Shown here: piece by piece, positions 42,765-54,801 of the stretch
How positions within the stretch are numbered: position 1 is the first letter of the stretch
How the letters are laid out: the number at the start of each line of letters is the position of its first letter
Source of the DNA: an uncultured delta proteobacterium
GTDB lineage: Bacteria > Desulfobacterota > Desulfobacteria > Desulfobacterales > Desulfatirhabdiaceae
NCBI GenBank assembly: GCA_963789395.1
Contig: CAWBKP010000014.1
Span: forward strand, 224,001-288,000
DNA: 64,000 nucleotides
Reading direction: 5' to 3'
The notes under the pieces: generated by a model
What the model was told of the DNA's origin: nothing
What the model saw: only the letters and a program-made list of their open reading frames with translations
Database searches by the model: none
Position numbers and translations under genes: made by a program

Positions 42765-44175
42765 ATGCACAAGTACATTCAGCATGTCTGTGAAGACGAG
42801 GTGTTAAATGCCATCGGCAATGGGTTGATGGTCGTCAGTCAGGAGGGGGAGATCCTGACGGCGAACCAGGAAATGTCATCCATCACCGGGTTTTCACTGG
42901 ATGAGTTGATCGGCGCCAACTGTGCTATTCTGGGTTGCGATGTCTGCGACAAGTCCCGTTCGGACAGCAAGAACAACTGGTGTATGCTCTTTGAGGTCGG
43001 GAAGGTCAAAAACAAACGATGCCTGATGACACGAAAAGACGGCACCTACATATCGGTCTCAAAAAACGCCCTGGTCCTGAAGGACGATTCTGGAAAAGTC
43101 ATTGGTGCTCTGGAAACCTTCATTGATATCAGCGAGATGGATAAAAAGGACCAAAAAATATTCGAACTGGAAAGCCGCCTGAACCGGGATAGCGGATTTT
43201 TCGGAATGATCGGTACAAGTGCTCCCATGAAGGCCATCTACCAGATCATCGAAAAAGTTGCCCAGAGCGACGCCCCGGTAATCATCAGCGGGGAAAGCGG
43301 GACAGGCAAGGAGCTGGTGGCCCAGGCCATTCACGAACTGGGCCGGCGCCGGGAAGGCCCCTTTGTCAAATTCAACTGTGCGGCCCTGAATTCCTCTATT
43401 TGCGAAAGCGAACTTTTCGGCCATACCAAGGGCGCTTTTACCGGCGCTTACCGCCATCGAATCGGGCGGTTCGAGGCCGCTCACGGCGGCGATATTTTTC
43501 TGGATGAAATCGGAGACATTCCCCTGGCGGTTCAGGCCATGCTGCTTCGGGTTCTGGAATTGAAAAAATTCGAACGCGTTGGGGAAAACCGCTCAGTGAA
43601 CGCCGATGTACGCGTAATCACGGCCACCAACCGCAATCTGCTGGAGATGATTTCCCAAGGGCATTTTCGGGAAGATCTGTTTTTCCGCATCAATGTGGTT
43701 CCGATTCACCTGCCCCCTTTACGGGAAAGGCGCGAAGATATTCCCCTTCTCGTTGATTCGTTTATTAACGCTTTGCGCACCCGCGATGATAAAGCCGTCA
43801 TGGGCGTATCTCCCAAAGTGATGACGCTTTTCATGACCTATCATTGGCCCGGCAATGTCCGCGAGCTAAAAAGCGTTCTGGAATACGCATTTGTCATTCA
43901 TCCCCCGGCCTGATTGAAATGCATCATTTGCCTGCCTATATTCCGGTCCCCGAAGAACTCAAGCATCGCCGCCGTACCGACCCCCTGCCCCGATGCTTGA
44001 ATGCGAACCCGATATCGCCGAAAAAAATGCCCTTCTGGAGGCACTGGGATCGTGCAGCGGCAACAAAAGCCAGGCTGCCAAGATACTGGGCGTCCACCGC
44101 ATGACGGTCTGGAACCGCATGCGAAAACATGGTATTTCCCTGACAAAAAACATCGACCAGGCTCCGATTAACTAG
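42765..44175 (+). pseudogene. PAS-sigma-54 transcriptional activator, two frameshifts near 43900 and 43985
   Basis: AGGAGG RBS; GESGTGKE, GAFTGA, WPGNVREL; continues via GLIEMHHLP (other frame) to Fis HTH GNKSQAAKILGVHRMTVWNRM (third frame); both shifts fall near C runs. Confidence 0.85.
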
Positions 44176-44289
44176 ATAAATTTACTTAACAATCGTTATA
44201 CTCATGCTTCCTTCGTGATGGGCTGTTATATAAATGCCAAATTGCGCCGATGCGGCTGTCGGCATTCCTATTCGGAATCAGATTCATCA

Positions 44290-44397
44290 TCAATCTGAAA
44301 GGTAAAAAAAGTACTGAGCGCTGGTATATTGACCGGTCAGCATTGCGCTCAACCGGTTCCGGATATCGGTTTCGTCATCCACTATAAGAATTCTCAT
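44290..44397 (-). pseudogene. Truncated response regulator N-terminus
   Basis: MRILIVDDETDIRNRLSAML then stop after 35 aa. Confidence 0.6.
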
Positions 44398-44428
44398 CGC
44401 GCAAGCTTCCAAAATTCCATGAACCCGA

Positions 44429-45628
44429 TCATCGTGCCGGCTGCATAGCCGGCTGCAAAGCCAACCCTCCAAGCGCAATCACACAGAATGCAGCCCCTGC
44501 GTAAAACGTGGCCGATGCTCCGAGTCGATCCCACAGGAGCCCCGCGACAGCACTGGCCAGGAGCATGGCAATTCCGCTTACCAGATTAAAGAAGCCAAAG
44601 GCCGTCCCTCTCAGATCGGCAGGTGCCGTGTCCGCAACCATCGTTGCGAACAGGCCCTGGGTGATGCCCATATGAACGCCCCAGAGCGAGACGCCGGCCA
44701 GTATAACGCCCCAACGATTACTTGAGGCCATCACCATATCCGCCGCGACCAATACGACAAGCCCGAGCGCCAGTAATTTTGAGTGACTCATGTGATCAGA
44801 GAGTTTGCCGAACGGATAGGCCGACAGCGAGTAGATCAAGTTCATCGCCACCATTACCAGTGGTACCAACGCGACCGGCACACCGCTCTGCTGTGCGCGC
44901 AGCACCAGAAACGCCTCACTGAACCGGGCAAGTGTGAAAGTCGCGCCAATACAGACAACCCACCAATACGCGGCTCCGAGTCGTCGAAGATTCTCCCGGC
45001 GAATCGGATTCGTGCGTTTCTCGGTCTGATGATGCGCTGGATTGCGCAAGCCGAACACAAGGAGCGTGACGGCTGCCAGACCCGGAATAACCGCAACCCA
45101 GAACACGGCCCGGAAATCATTGGCCGTCAGCAGCATCAAACCGACGGCAGACAACGGCCCAAGGAAGGCTCCCACAGTATCGAGGGACTGCCGCAGACCA
45201 AAAGCAGCACCGCGTAAATGCGGCGGCGCTATGTCGGCGACCATGGCATCGCGAGGCGCACCACGCATGCCTTTTCCGATTCGATCCAGCAGCCGGGCAG
45301 CCAACACAACATCAACGGTTGGAGCAATGGCAAAGAGGGGTTTGGTCAACGCACCTAAAGCGTAACCGAACACGGCAAGTCCCTTGCGCTTGCCCAGGTA
45401 GTCGCTCAGCGACCCGGAAAATATTTTAACAATCAGCGCAGCGGACTCCGCCAGCCCTTCAATCAAGCCGACTGCAAAGGCGCTTGCGCTCAGCGTCGTA
45501 ACCATGAACAATGGCAATAGACTGTGTATCATCTCCGAGGAGATGTCCATTAACATACTCACAAAGCCGAGCACCCACACCCCTGACGGAATCTTATTCA
45601 GACCGGTGTTGATATTTTCGGTGTGCAC
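44429..45628 (-). CDS. MFS transporter
   Basis: SMLMDISSEMIH, G.LSD..GKRK, DRIGKG.RGAPRDA, about 12 TM segments. Confidence 0.92.
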   Translation of the reverse strand: MHTENINTGLNKIPSGVWVLGFVSMLMDISSEMIHSLLPLFMVTTLSASAFAVGLIEGLAESAALIVKIFSGSLSDYLGKRKGLAVFGYALGALTKPLFAIAPTVDVVLAARLLDRIGKGMRGAPRDAMVADIAPPHLRGAAFGLRQSLDTVGAFLGPLSAVGLMLLTANDFRAVFWVAVIPGLAAVTLLVFGLRNPAHHQTEKRTNPIRRENLRRLGAAYWWVVCIGATFTLARFSEAFLVLRAQQSGVPVALVPLVMVAMNLIYSLSAYPFGKLSDHMSHSKLLALGLVVLVAADMVMASSNRWGVILAGVSLWGVHMGITQGLFATMVADTAPADLRGTAFGFFNLVSGIAMLLASAVAGLLWDRLGASATFYAGAAFCVIALGGLALQPAMQPAR

Positions 45629-45694
45629 TATAATTTTCCTTGTCGGGTCTGAAGATACGACAGAAATACATGCCGAACACTTTGTCTGAAATGG

Positions 45695-45930
45695 TCAAGT
45701 TTCAAATTTTAAGTAGTCTCCAATCCCAGCTGTCCCTGCATTCCGGTCGGCTGCAAAATCTAATAGCAAATCGTGGATCTCGTGTCTTCCCTTTGGGTCA
45801 AGCTTATTGGTGGGGTCGTCCTGAATAGGGAGTCCGGGTTGCTGCACCAAAGCTCTATCGACGACCAGGCGTTGTTTCATTCCTCTGGAATTGGCTGATA
45901 TGGGCGGATGTTTGGCCAAAGGTATTTTCC
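45695..45930 (-). pseudogene. Decayed ABC transporter ATP-binding fragment
   Basis: SRGMKQRLVVDRALVQQPGLPIQDDPTNKLDPKGRHEIHDLL matches a degenerate signature, Walker B and D-loop; no Walker A seen. Confidence 0.7.
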
Positions 45931-46352
45931 GCCCGGGTCGATCCGCATTGTTTCTTCCGGCCCGTCCCCGGTAACACATGATTTACAAACGCATTAACAG
46001 AAGCACCAAGGGCAATTGCATGATGAAGAAAATGTGAAGGCAGGGCAAGCATTTCCCCTTCTGTCCATCTATCCGCACGGTTGCCCACCCAGATATGACG
46101 GGAATATGAAAGTTATAGAAAGTAAACAAGCGATATAGCAAACTTTCCAATTCTTCAAGGTTTTTCTCGAAACCCTTTCGAACTCAACAAATCAAATAGC
46201 CATCAAAATAGTTGTTGTTCTGTCCCGAATGGTGGGCAACGTCTATAATGAAAATCACCGGTTCATCCGGTGTCTTTTTTTGATAAAATTAAGTGCGGTT
46301 TTCCCAGAATTGCAGAATTGTCCAACCAGTAACAACTTAAACAATTAACAGC

Positions 46353-46940
46353 CTATTCGCCTACTTCTTTCGGCGGGACGGGAAAAATGTTCAGTATTTT
46401 GCATTGGGACAGCCGCCGGTGAACCCGAAATCCCATTTTGCTGTGAAGACGATAGGAGACATCCCAGTTGCTGTACATTCCGGAAACCATATGGCTGAAG
46501 CCCTGATCACGTACAGCCGCTAAAAGTGACCCCAGCAGACAAGTGCCAACACCCTTTCCGGCTGCTTCCGGATGCACGTAGATGTATTCCAGATATGACC
46601 AGCCGGGCGGCAGTTTCAGGGTGTACCAGATCGCCATCCTGAAATCGCGGAATGTCACCCAGGCAAAGGCCCGCAATTGATCTGCTTCCTCAAATAGAAG
46701 GCATCGGTCACCGCTTCGCAGGGATTCTTCCATGAAATCGATCTCCTTGACAAAGCCTTCCAGGGCGTTAATCGCAAACAAATCTTTTTTCCCCGCCCAT
46801 CGCATGAAAAGGTTCTCCGGTGGATTTCCAGGATAGATAGGCTCGCGAAGATCCCTGACCATCTCGATCCATTCTTCACAGGGCTGCATCTTGTGTGCAA
46901 TACGTTTTATGGATTCCCTAAACAATGCCATCGGATTCAA
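46353..46940 (-). CDS. GNAT family N-acetyltransferase
   Basis: IYVHPEAAGKGVG acetyl-CoA motif, N..S..LH.KMGF. Confidence 0.85.
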   Translation of the reverse strand: MNPMALFRESIKRIAHKMQPCEEWIEMVRDLREPIYPGNPPENLFMRWAGKKDLFAINALEGFVKEIDFMEESLRSGDRCLLFEEADQLRAFAWVTFRDFRMAIWYTLKLPPGWSYLEYIYVHPEAAGKGVGTCLLGSLLAAVRDQGFSHMVSGMYSNWDVSYRLHSKMGFRVHRRLSQCKILNIFPVPPKEVGE

Positions 46941-46960
46941 TTATTCCAGCAGTTATCGTT

Positions 46961-48145
46961 TCAGATCTGAAAATACATAAGCAATCGAGACAGAACTTCC
47001 TTTATCCGGTCGAACAAGGTTGGAACCTCTTCCATCCCGCTACCGGAGTCTGAATTCAGGTTTTTCCAATACCTTTTATAAACGCGTTTGACCCGCCACA
47101 AGACATATTTCATCTTTTTCGGGTCTGCCGTGGCCATTATTTCCAGCGGGTCGGTGAACTGAATGTCCGCCAGTTCGATCAGAACCTCCCGCACCGAATC
47201 TTTGAGCCCTTCGAGATTATAGCCCCCCTCCAACGCCATGACCACCTTGCCTTTGCAACAATGCTCGGCGAGTTGCAGGATGGAACGCGTCATTGCAGCA
47301 AACCCCTTGGGAGTCACCATCATCCCGCCCAATGAGTCCTGGTAATGAATGTCGAAACCGGCGCTGACCAGTATAAACTCCGGTTCAAACTCAAGTGCGA
47401 TCGGTCTTAAGATTTTTTCGAACAAAGTCAGGTAATCGCCGTCTCCAAAGCCTGGAAGAAGCGGGATGTTCACGGTATATCCTTTTCCGGCCCCCTTGCC
47501 GATTTCCCGCATGCTGCCGCTTCCCGGATAAGAAAAAGACTCGTGAATCGAAAAGAAAAGTACAGTCGGATCATCTTCAAAACAGTGCTGTGTGCCGTTT
47601 CCATGATGAAGGTCCCAGTCGACTATGAGGATACGCGAAATGCCGAGGGTATGCTGGGCGTATCGTGCGGCAACCGCCACATTATTGTACAGACAAAAAC
47701 CTTTGGCTTTATTGCGCTCTGCGTGATGACCGGGCGGTCGAACCAGGGCGAATGCATTATCCAGAAGACCTTTTTCGACCTGCTCCACAGCCAGGCACAG
47801 GCCCCCTGCAGCCAGAAGGGCAGCTTTATGGGAAAGCGGCGATGTGACGGTATCCGGGTCCAGGTAGACACATTTCCCCTCGGTGGCTTCCAGTCGGCTG
47901 ATATGGTCCTGAGAATGGACCTGGAGCAACTCGTCTTTTTCGGCCCTTCGGGGGATGATTTCGTAAAACAGGTCATGCGATTCGAACGCATCGAGCATAT
48001 TATAAATCACTTCGAGTCGTTCTGGGCATTCCGGGTTGTTCTGTTCCATGCAATGGCCTGCGTATCTCGGGTCTCTGATGATACCGGTTCTTTTTCTATC
48101 ACCCGTGCATCTTCGCTTTGCCACTGTCTTAGTTTGAATTTTCAC
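46961..48145 (-). CDS. Histone deacetylase family amidohydrolase
   Basis: PE.PERL, RPPGHHA, GFC.YNN, DWDLHHGNGTQ, SAGFD, LEGGY. Confidence 0.95.
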   Translation of the reverse strand: MKIQTKTVAKRRCTGDRKRTGIIRDPRYAGHCMEQNNPECPERLEVIYNMLDAFESHDLFYEIIPRRAEKDELLQVHSQDHISRLEATEGKCVYLDPDTVTSPLSHKAALLAAGGLCLAVEQVEKGLLDNAFALVRPPGHHAERNKAKGFCLYNNVAVAARYAQHTLGISRILIVDWDLHHGNGTQHCFEDDPTVLFFSIHESFSYPGSGSMREIGKGAGKGYTVNIPLLPGFGDGDYLTLFEKILRPIALEFEPEFILVSAGFDIHYQDSLGGMMVTPKGFAAMTRSILQLAEHCCKGKVVMALEGGYNLEGLKDSVREVLIELADIQFTDPLEIMATADPKKMKYVLWRVKRVYKRYWKNLNSDSGSGMEEVPTLFDRIKEVLSRLLMYFQI

Positions 48146-48476
48146 TTATAAGGACAACTGTCTGGTGTTACATGTCAATTTGGCCGATCTTGAAAAACCC
48201 TGTTCCCATCCCCCCCGGAATTCCAAGAAGAATAACTCTGATACGTTTTTAAACCATTACATGTTTTCCGTGTATCAGCCAAACAAAAATTTCTATCGTT
48301 TCTCTGGATATCTTTCCAACATGAATTATTAATCCGTATATCGTGCAAGTAAAATGAATTTTGCAGATTCTGGATACATTAGGCACAACTTTTCTTGCAT
48401 GATCAGGCATCAAATTTTCAATTAAGACAAGTTTCCAATTGTATTGGTATCCATAAAAAAACTGGAAAGCGAATAC

Positions 48477-48578
48477 TCAACCTGTGATAACATAATCAGA
48501 AGTTGAACCTTTTGCTTCATTCAGCAATTTTCTGACCATTTCGGCAATATCCCTTGTTGCTACAGGCTTAAAAATCTT
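48477..48578 (-). pseudogene. C-terminal remnant of a receiver domain
   Basis: KPVATRDIAEMVRKLLNEAKG resembles the end of hybrid-kinase receiver domains. Confidence 0.45.
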
Positions 48579-48809
48579 GAGATCTCTTTACTGCATGAGA
48601 TTTTGAGACTTCACCACCTCTTTGATGCAGTCAAATCTGTAGGCACATGCCTGTTTTTGTGATCGCTGAAGATGACTGCGCGATGCGGCTTTGTGCGGAA
48701 TCGTGTGCTTTCTTAGCCGAAACCCAAGTTTCAGCGCATCGATCGGAGCACGCATCAAGCCTCCCACCTGCCCACAATAAGAATAGTCAGAGAATCCGCA
48801 TGCTCGACT

Positions 48810-49149
48810 CTACCTCTTGAGATCACTGAGCAGGTTGCGAAACTCGGGGTTTTCGCGTAATAACTGGCGTCCGGCCTCAATCAGCCTGTCCACCTGCTCG
48901 TCGGTTGGATCAAAAGAAGTAGGAACTTTATTGAAGAATATTCACCGATCCGGGTTCGGGAAATCAGCGAAAGTGACTTAAATAAAATACGGGGTTAAGG
49001 GTTTCTCGGGCGTCGACAGCTCCGCTTCCCATCTTGCCAGACTCTGTTTTCATCGACTCGATGGTCGTCGCGTTGTAGCGAAGAAGCTGAACCGAGCTCA
49101 TCGCATTGATGGTCTCTTCCAGTGGCGGCTGCTGGATGGTAAGGTCCAT
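48810..49149 (-). pseudogene. C-terminal remnant of a patatin-like phospholipase
   Basis: QQPPLEETINAMSSVQLLRYNATT...; after a frameshift and a stop: FFNKVPTSFDPTDEQVDRLIEAGRQLLRENPEF. Confidence 0.6.
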
Positions 49150-49197
49150 GAATTGTTTCGCCCCATTTTATATTTTGGCGTGCTTCGAATTTCCAAT

Positions 49198-51764
49198 TTA
49201 GTTACTCCCTGCATCTTCCACCAAAGAGGCGTCCCTATCCGAAAGGAGAGCGTCCTGCTTGGATGTCACAACGGGTTCCTGCAGCAGATGCACATCCCGC
49301 TGGGGAAAGGGAAACGACATTCCCGCAGCCCGCAATGCATCATACAGGGCAATGGCCAGATCGCTGATGACCCATCGCCAGTGTTCAAACTCGTCCGTCC
49401 ACGCCCGCAGTTCAAAGTTGATGGAATTGTCCCCGTAAGCCACCATGATCCCCCGGGGCGCCGGACTTGGCAGCACTTTCGGATGCAGGAGTGCCGTTGC
49501 TTCCAGAATTTTGATGACCTCCCGCGGCGCAGCACCGTAGTTAACACCCACCGGCAGTGCAATGCGCCGCAATTTATCGTTGAGGGTCCAGTTGGTCACT
49601 TTCTCCGTAACAAGCTGCGCATTGGGAACGATGATATCCGATCCCTGCCGGGTGCGCACGATACTGGCGCGCATGCCGATCCGGCGGACCTTTCCCAGGA
49701 GATCGCCCACTTCGACCATGTCATCCACATGGATCGGCTGCTCGAAGAGCAAAATCAGGCCGGAGACAAAGTTATTCACCACACTTTGCAATCCGAAGCC
49801 GATACCGACGCCGAACGCGCCGATCAGCACCGTCACCTGAGTCAGGCTCACCCCCAACACCCCTGCGGCAATCACAAACCCGAGGGCAAGGATGGTGTAG
49901 TTGAGAAGGCTCGATAGGGCATAGGACAGGCCAATCGGAAGCCCGGCGCGGGGGTAGATATCCTCCTGAAGCACAAAACGGATCAGTTTGGAAAACAGGT
50001 ACGCCCCATACACCGTAAGAAAAAAAGCGAAAATGTTGCCGACTGAAGTGCTGAAAGAAGCCCCGCCCAGCTTCACGGCCAGGATCTCCTGTCCGAAGTT
50101 CAGGGTTGCATCCAGCAATCCGACATAGTCCAGATAACGAACTGCGCAAATGATCATCGCCATCCACCGAAGAAACAGAAAGAAGCGCCTTTCCAGAAGA
50201 TCCCGGTATTGCAGAACCATCCGAAGCCGTATGAACGGCCATACGCGAAGCGCAAAGGCCGCCACGCCCTGCAGAACCTTGACAACTGCGTAAAATGTCA
50301 GAGACAGTGTGCTGAAGACAAGAGCGCCGGGTGACAGCAGGCGTGCCAGACGCAGGTATCCCAGCACCGAGGCGGCGAGTCCGGCTGCAAAGACAATCAT
50401 GCCGAAGAAAGCCACCACCTTAATGATACGCCCCCTGGCAGCGCCGGCATCCGGTTCAGGTATGCTGCGGACATGCCCGGCATACAGGAACCATCCGAGC
50501 AAGGGCATTGCCACGATGCTTTCCAGGGTGAGGGTCCACTGCTCAAGCAGGGGCACCGCCATCAAGGCCTGGCGGACACTGTCAAGGACGAAAAGGCTGA
50601 CCAGCACAATAATTGCGGAGACCACGGTCGGATAGATCATCGGACGGATCAGACGGATCATCGGCGCCAGGGCCAGGAGTTCCAAGATTTGCTTCACATT
50701 GGCCGGCGCTGTCGAGTAGGGTCCGGAAGCCATTAACAAAGCGACCATCAGTGCTGTTGCGAAGGGACGATCAAACACCAGGCCGGAAGATGCGTCCGCT
50801 TGGCCGGCCGCCACCCAGCGGAGCACTTTTCGCCGGACGGCCAGTAACATCAGCATCACTGTCGCAAAAATCCCCACATGAATCGGTAGCCCCCTGGAAG
50901 GCTCACGCAGATAGACCATGGTGTCCGCCCGGTATGTACTGGCAACTCCGGCAAGAATGGATGGCGCAACCTTGAGGGCCTGAACCCACGCGTTCTCGTT
51001 CCAGCTCAGGGACCGCCCCCGCTCAAAAATTCCTCCGACGGTTGCGTTCTGGGCTGCGCTGATCTGAGCCAGGACTGTCTGGCACCGGGTTGTTTCAGAA
51101 GCCACCCGATTCTGAAGATCTAGGACGTCGGTTGCCTTCAACTGAAGCAGCTCCTGTTCCTCCTGGAGAGTGGCGATTGTCGCATCGATCTGCCCAAGTA
51201 CAGGGGCGGGAGCCTGCGCAATCTGTGCGGCGCTGCGGGTCAATGCCCATGTCTTTACATGCTCCGGCAGCTGATTCAGCGCATCCTGGACTAGGGTGGC
51301 CCGCTCCGTGAGCGTGTTAAGCCAGTCCCTTGTTTGCCGCTCCAGCCCTTGCCAGAGTTGCTGTTGAGACTGCAGCACCGCCAGGGGGGCATCCTCCTGA
51401 ATGATTTTCCGGGTCTTTTCCCCCGTGCTCCGATCGTATTGCTCACGCCGGGAAGCATCAACCGGATTTTTTCTATCTCAGCGCTGGGAGGCAGTTTTAT
51501 GGCGTAAGAACGCAGGAGATTTGACACATCCATGGCCCGCGTTGCGACATCCGGCAAGGGAATTGCCGCCGGAGCCGATGGCGCGAGGACTTTCGGATGT
51601 GCCGAAGATTCCGAAGGTTTAGAAGGCGCAGGTGTCGCAGGCTCTGTCGCCCTCAGGGGCGTGGTCGGCAGTATCCACAAGGCGGCCCAAAGAAACGTGA
51701 TCAGCACCCACAGCATGCCCGGCACCCTGCGGGCATTCCGATATCGATTCTTCAGCAATTGCAT
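49198..51764 (-). CDS. MscK-like mechanosensitive channel (frameshift near 51425)
   Basis: Signal/periplasmic part in ORF 51291-51806 joins ORF 49198-51378; GVGIGFGLQ.VVNNFVSGLILLFE, IVPN..L....VTNWT, PFPQRD. Confidence 0.85.
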
Positions 51765-51815
51765 CCCTCTCCGGTGTTGTCCGGGATCTTTATGGTTGAT
51801 GGACATCGATCCGGA

Positions 51816-52157
51816 TCAAAACCCAGGATGGAAACCGCCGGGGCCGGCGGCATAACAGCCATCACCGCCATCCGGGCAGATCACCACATAGGTGTGACGC
51901 TGTCCGCAACCGGCCACCCCGACAGTATATTCGGCCCGTTGAATCCCATTTACCCAGGGCCCCTGGAGAGCGGGCTGGATGACTTCCTGAGATATGATGG
52001 TGGCGGTCGCCGTCGGGCAGTTCATCTCGAATCGCGCCCGATTCAAAACCGTCTCCGTTGCCATCGGCTGTTTGGTGTTAAGAAACTGGGCCTGGGTGGC
52101 GCATCCCGTCACGGTCAGTAGGGTAATAAGCGCCAGAAGTACACAGGACGTTTTCAT
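51816..52157 (-). CDS. Lipoprotein of unknown function
   Basis: AGGAG RBS; MKTSCVLLALITLLTVTG-C lipobox. Confidence 0.75.
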   Translation of the reverse strand: MKTSCVLLALITLLTVTGCATQAQFLNTKQPMATETVLNRARFEMNCPTATATIISQEVIQPALQGPWVNGIQRAEYTVGVAGCGQRHTYVVICPDGGDGCYAAGPGGFHPGF

Positions 52158-52384
52158 ATGAAGTCTCCTTTTCTCAACTATTAGAAAATATTGAGACATT
52201 TTTTTGATTTAAAAGCGTCGACCTGCAGTTATTGGATGATTGCGTAGCCACCGGACGGAAACGTCTTAGTCAATTTTTGCCCCTGCCGCCAGGTTTGGTT
52301 GAAAAAGGTAAAATTTTTTCAGCCCCTGCCATGAAAAAAATCCTTCCCAAAAAGGGGGATGCATTTTCACTTTAAAAGTCCGAA

Positions 52385-53144
52385 TCAGGGCGTAGGCACC
52401 ACGACGTAGTAGACGCCGTTGGCGCCATAGGACGGCTTGAACCAGGTGTTGCCGCACAGGTAATATGTCGTGCCCTGGACGCTGGGTGTGGCGCAGCCTG
52501 CGGGCAGCGTGGCATAGATCGCGCCCATGGTATATACCCCTGCGCTGCCGGCGGCAACCCCCGCAGAGTATGCGGCAGAGGTGTTGGCGCTGCCGGCGGC
52601 AACACCTGCGCTGTAGGCGCTGGAAGTTGCCGCTGCGGTATTTGACGAGGCAATGGCCGCGCCTGTGACCATGACCGACTGCTGCGCCTGCGGCAGCGGC
52701 TCCGGCGGTGGACCAGCCCCCGCAGTTATAGCACCCGGAACCATAGTAATTCACGGTGGCGGGCGGATGGTACGCCGGGTAGACGGCTGCGGGCGGATGG
52801 TAGTACGCTCCCCCATAGTGGGCGTCGCCGTAAGCTGTCCCGCCATAGGCGCCGGTCTTCGACCAGCCGCCGCCATAGGCATGGGATGCGCTGCCGCCGT
52901 ATGCATTGGTATGGGTGGTGCCTTCCCCATAGGTGCGAGTACTGCCGCCGTACTCATTGGTATGGGAAGTGCCTTCACCGGCGGTGTGCGACGTGCTGGT
53001 GCCCCACGCGCTGGTGTGGCTCGTGGATCCATAGCTGTGCGATGTGCTGCCGCCAAATCTGTCTCCGTGACACCAGCCTGCGGCAGGTCCGCTCGGAAGC
53101 GCTGCGAGCACAAGCGCCACAAAGCAAATAAAGATCGTTTTCAT
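52385..53144 (-). CDS. Secreted Gly/Ser/Thr/His/Tyr-rich repeat protein (frameshift near 52673)
   Basis: AGGAGG RBS, signal peptide, GGSTSH/GEGT.HTN.Y repeats; C-terminus LPAGC..YY.CGNTWF.P.YG.NGVYY.VV in a second frame. Confidence 0.75.
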
Positions 53145-53158
53145 GATGTGCTACCTCC

Positions 53159-54080
53159 TTACTTGGTTTTGCCTGTGGTTTTGGATGACTTGCTCTTTGC
53201 CGGGGGGCTGGCATCTGCCGGACGTTTTGCATCCGGATGGGCAAAGGGCATGGGGTTTGCGCTGCCTGCGCCTGCTGAAGCAAAGGCATCCGCCGGGACG
53301 GCAACATCGAGCTGCCAGTTGGAGAGCTCCAGGTCATGGCGCAGGTGCGCCAGGTCATTGCGGTATACCCCGCGTATTCTCCGGGGCAGTTTGTCCTCTG
53401 CGCCGATCCATACCTGTATGAACACGTTGTCGTTGGCAAATGCCACCATGTCGGTCGTCGTTCCGCCGACGATCTGGGACTGGCCGATATAAAAGGCAAG
53501 GATCAACCCTTCGGACAAATCCTTGTAAGGGTCGGCTACTATCACGTCCGTGAACGGGAAATAGATCGCGGCGGTGTCAAAGGCTGACTTCAGCGCCGCA
53601 TCGATCGTGGTCGGAGCCTCTGCAACGGCGACCAGGTTCTCGGCAGGCGCAAAGGCCGTCATGGTTTTGCCGTTATAGTAGAACTCCGAAGCCGGGCCAT
53701 CTCCGGGGGTTATCACCCGCAGCTTGTCGGGCCGCTGCAGGGTGACTTCGGACTTGTCGTGTAGACAAGGGGCGGGCCAAGGCGGCTCGGGCTCTCGTAG
53801 GAGACCACGGCCGTAAAGCTCATCGTGCGGGCGGCGGCAAGGCGGCTGCATGAAGCCTTCAGAATGTCGATGGCCTTGGGTTCAAGGACGAGCTGGACTT
53901 CGGGCGGCGCCTCAACCTTGCTCTGCGATTTGGCGGGCTTGGATGCCTTCGGTGCTTTCTGGGACTGCTGGGCATTTCCGCTCGCGGTCAGAAATGCGAC
54001 CAGCACGAGCGCGCCCAACAGCGTGCGCCCGAGATGCCAGGGCCCGATTCATCCTGCCCCCGTGCAAGTGATGCAATTGG
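53159..54080 (-). CDS. DUF2092 periplasmic protein (frameshift near 53757; start uncertain)
   Basis: EPKAIDILKA...LAAA..MSF, then LQRPDKLRV...FYYNGK, AP.TID, QVWIG..DKLPR. Confidence 0.75.
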
Positions 54081-54099
54081 GTTCCTCCTCCGGGGCCGC

Positions 54100-54388
54100 T
54101 CATGGCAGCAACCCGCATTCAAACATCTTGTTCGCGATGGGGGCTGCGACTTTGTTGATGAATGCCTGGCGCATCTGGGGATCATTCTGCAGCATCTGGA
54201 TGGCTCTCTGCTCCATTTCCGATTCAGGCTGGCCTTTCTTTTGCCACAGCTGCTCGCAGGTCGACTGCTGATACTTCTGGATGACTTTGTTGGCGATCAT
54301 GTCCAGAAGAGGGTAATCCTGGGCGCCAGCGATTCCGGCGCAAAACAACACCAATACCACTCCCATCAACACAAGAATGTCTGTTCAT
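54100..54388 (-). CDS. Small exported protein (probable frameshift in the first codons)
   Basis: AAGGAG RBS before ATG 54388 is out of frame with ORF 54100-54372; signal peptide then YPLLDMIANKVIQKYQQSTCEQLW. Confidence 0.65.
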
Positions 54389-54801
54389 GTCTTTCTCCTT
54401 TCTGAAATTATGATCGAATTGAAAATGCATTCGGAAAACATAAAAACATTTGTCAGCCACAAAGCTCATAAAATGACAACGTCACCTTTTAGAAAGTGGG
54501 ATTGAGGTGATGCGGCCAAGGTAAAATGGACACAGACTTAAAAAGCATATATGGATAAATCTGTCAAGAGGGCGCAGAGGCGATGGCGGCAGGGTGGGAG
54601 GATCTGAACGCTATACGAAATGTAATATGCAAGCATTTTCAGAAGGCATTGTTCATCAGAATTCCGTTGACGATACTTTTGGTATTGTAAAGAAAACCAA
54701 CCTGTGAATATTTGTGCTTTGGATAACATATCCTTGAGATCGGATCTTCGAAAGGGTTTGCCGCAAGAGACAGAGAGGAACCATATTATAACATTGAAAC
54801 T

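Noticed and set aside
43900..43913. UGA ending the sigma-54 regulator, as possible Sec
   Set aside because: Homology continues in a different frame, so this is a frameshift rather than readthrough
46080..46240. 10-bp inverted repeat GTTGCCCACC / GGTGGGCAAC about 140 bp apart
   Set aside because: REP-like but too short, with no target duplication or second copy to support a MITE call
48940..48946. In-frame UGA in the patatin remnant
   Set aside because: Lies in a truncated, frameshifted pseudogene at a non-Cys position
52800..53060. DNA repeats that might be a CRISPR array
   Set aside because: They are codon-level repeats of the Gly-rich protein; no constant repeat-spacer pattern and no cas genes
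54480..54790. 63-aa ORF 54538-54729 and flanking sequence
   Set aside because: No motif support; cannot be distinguished from a chance ORF
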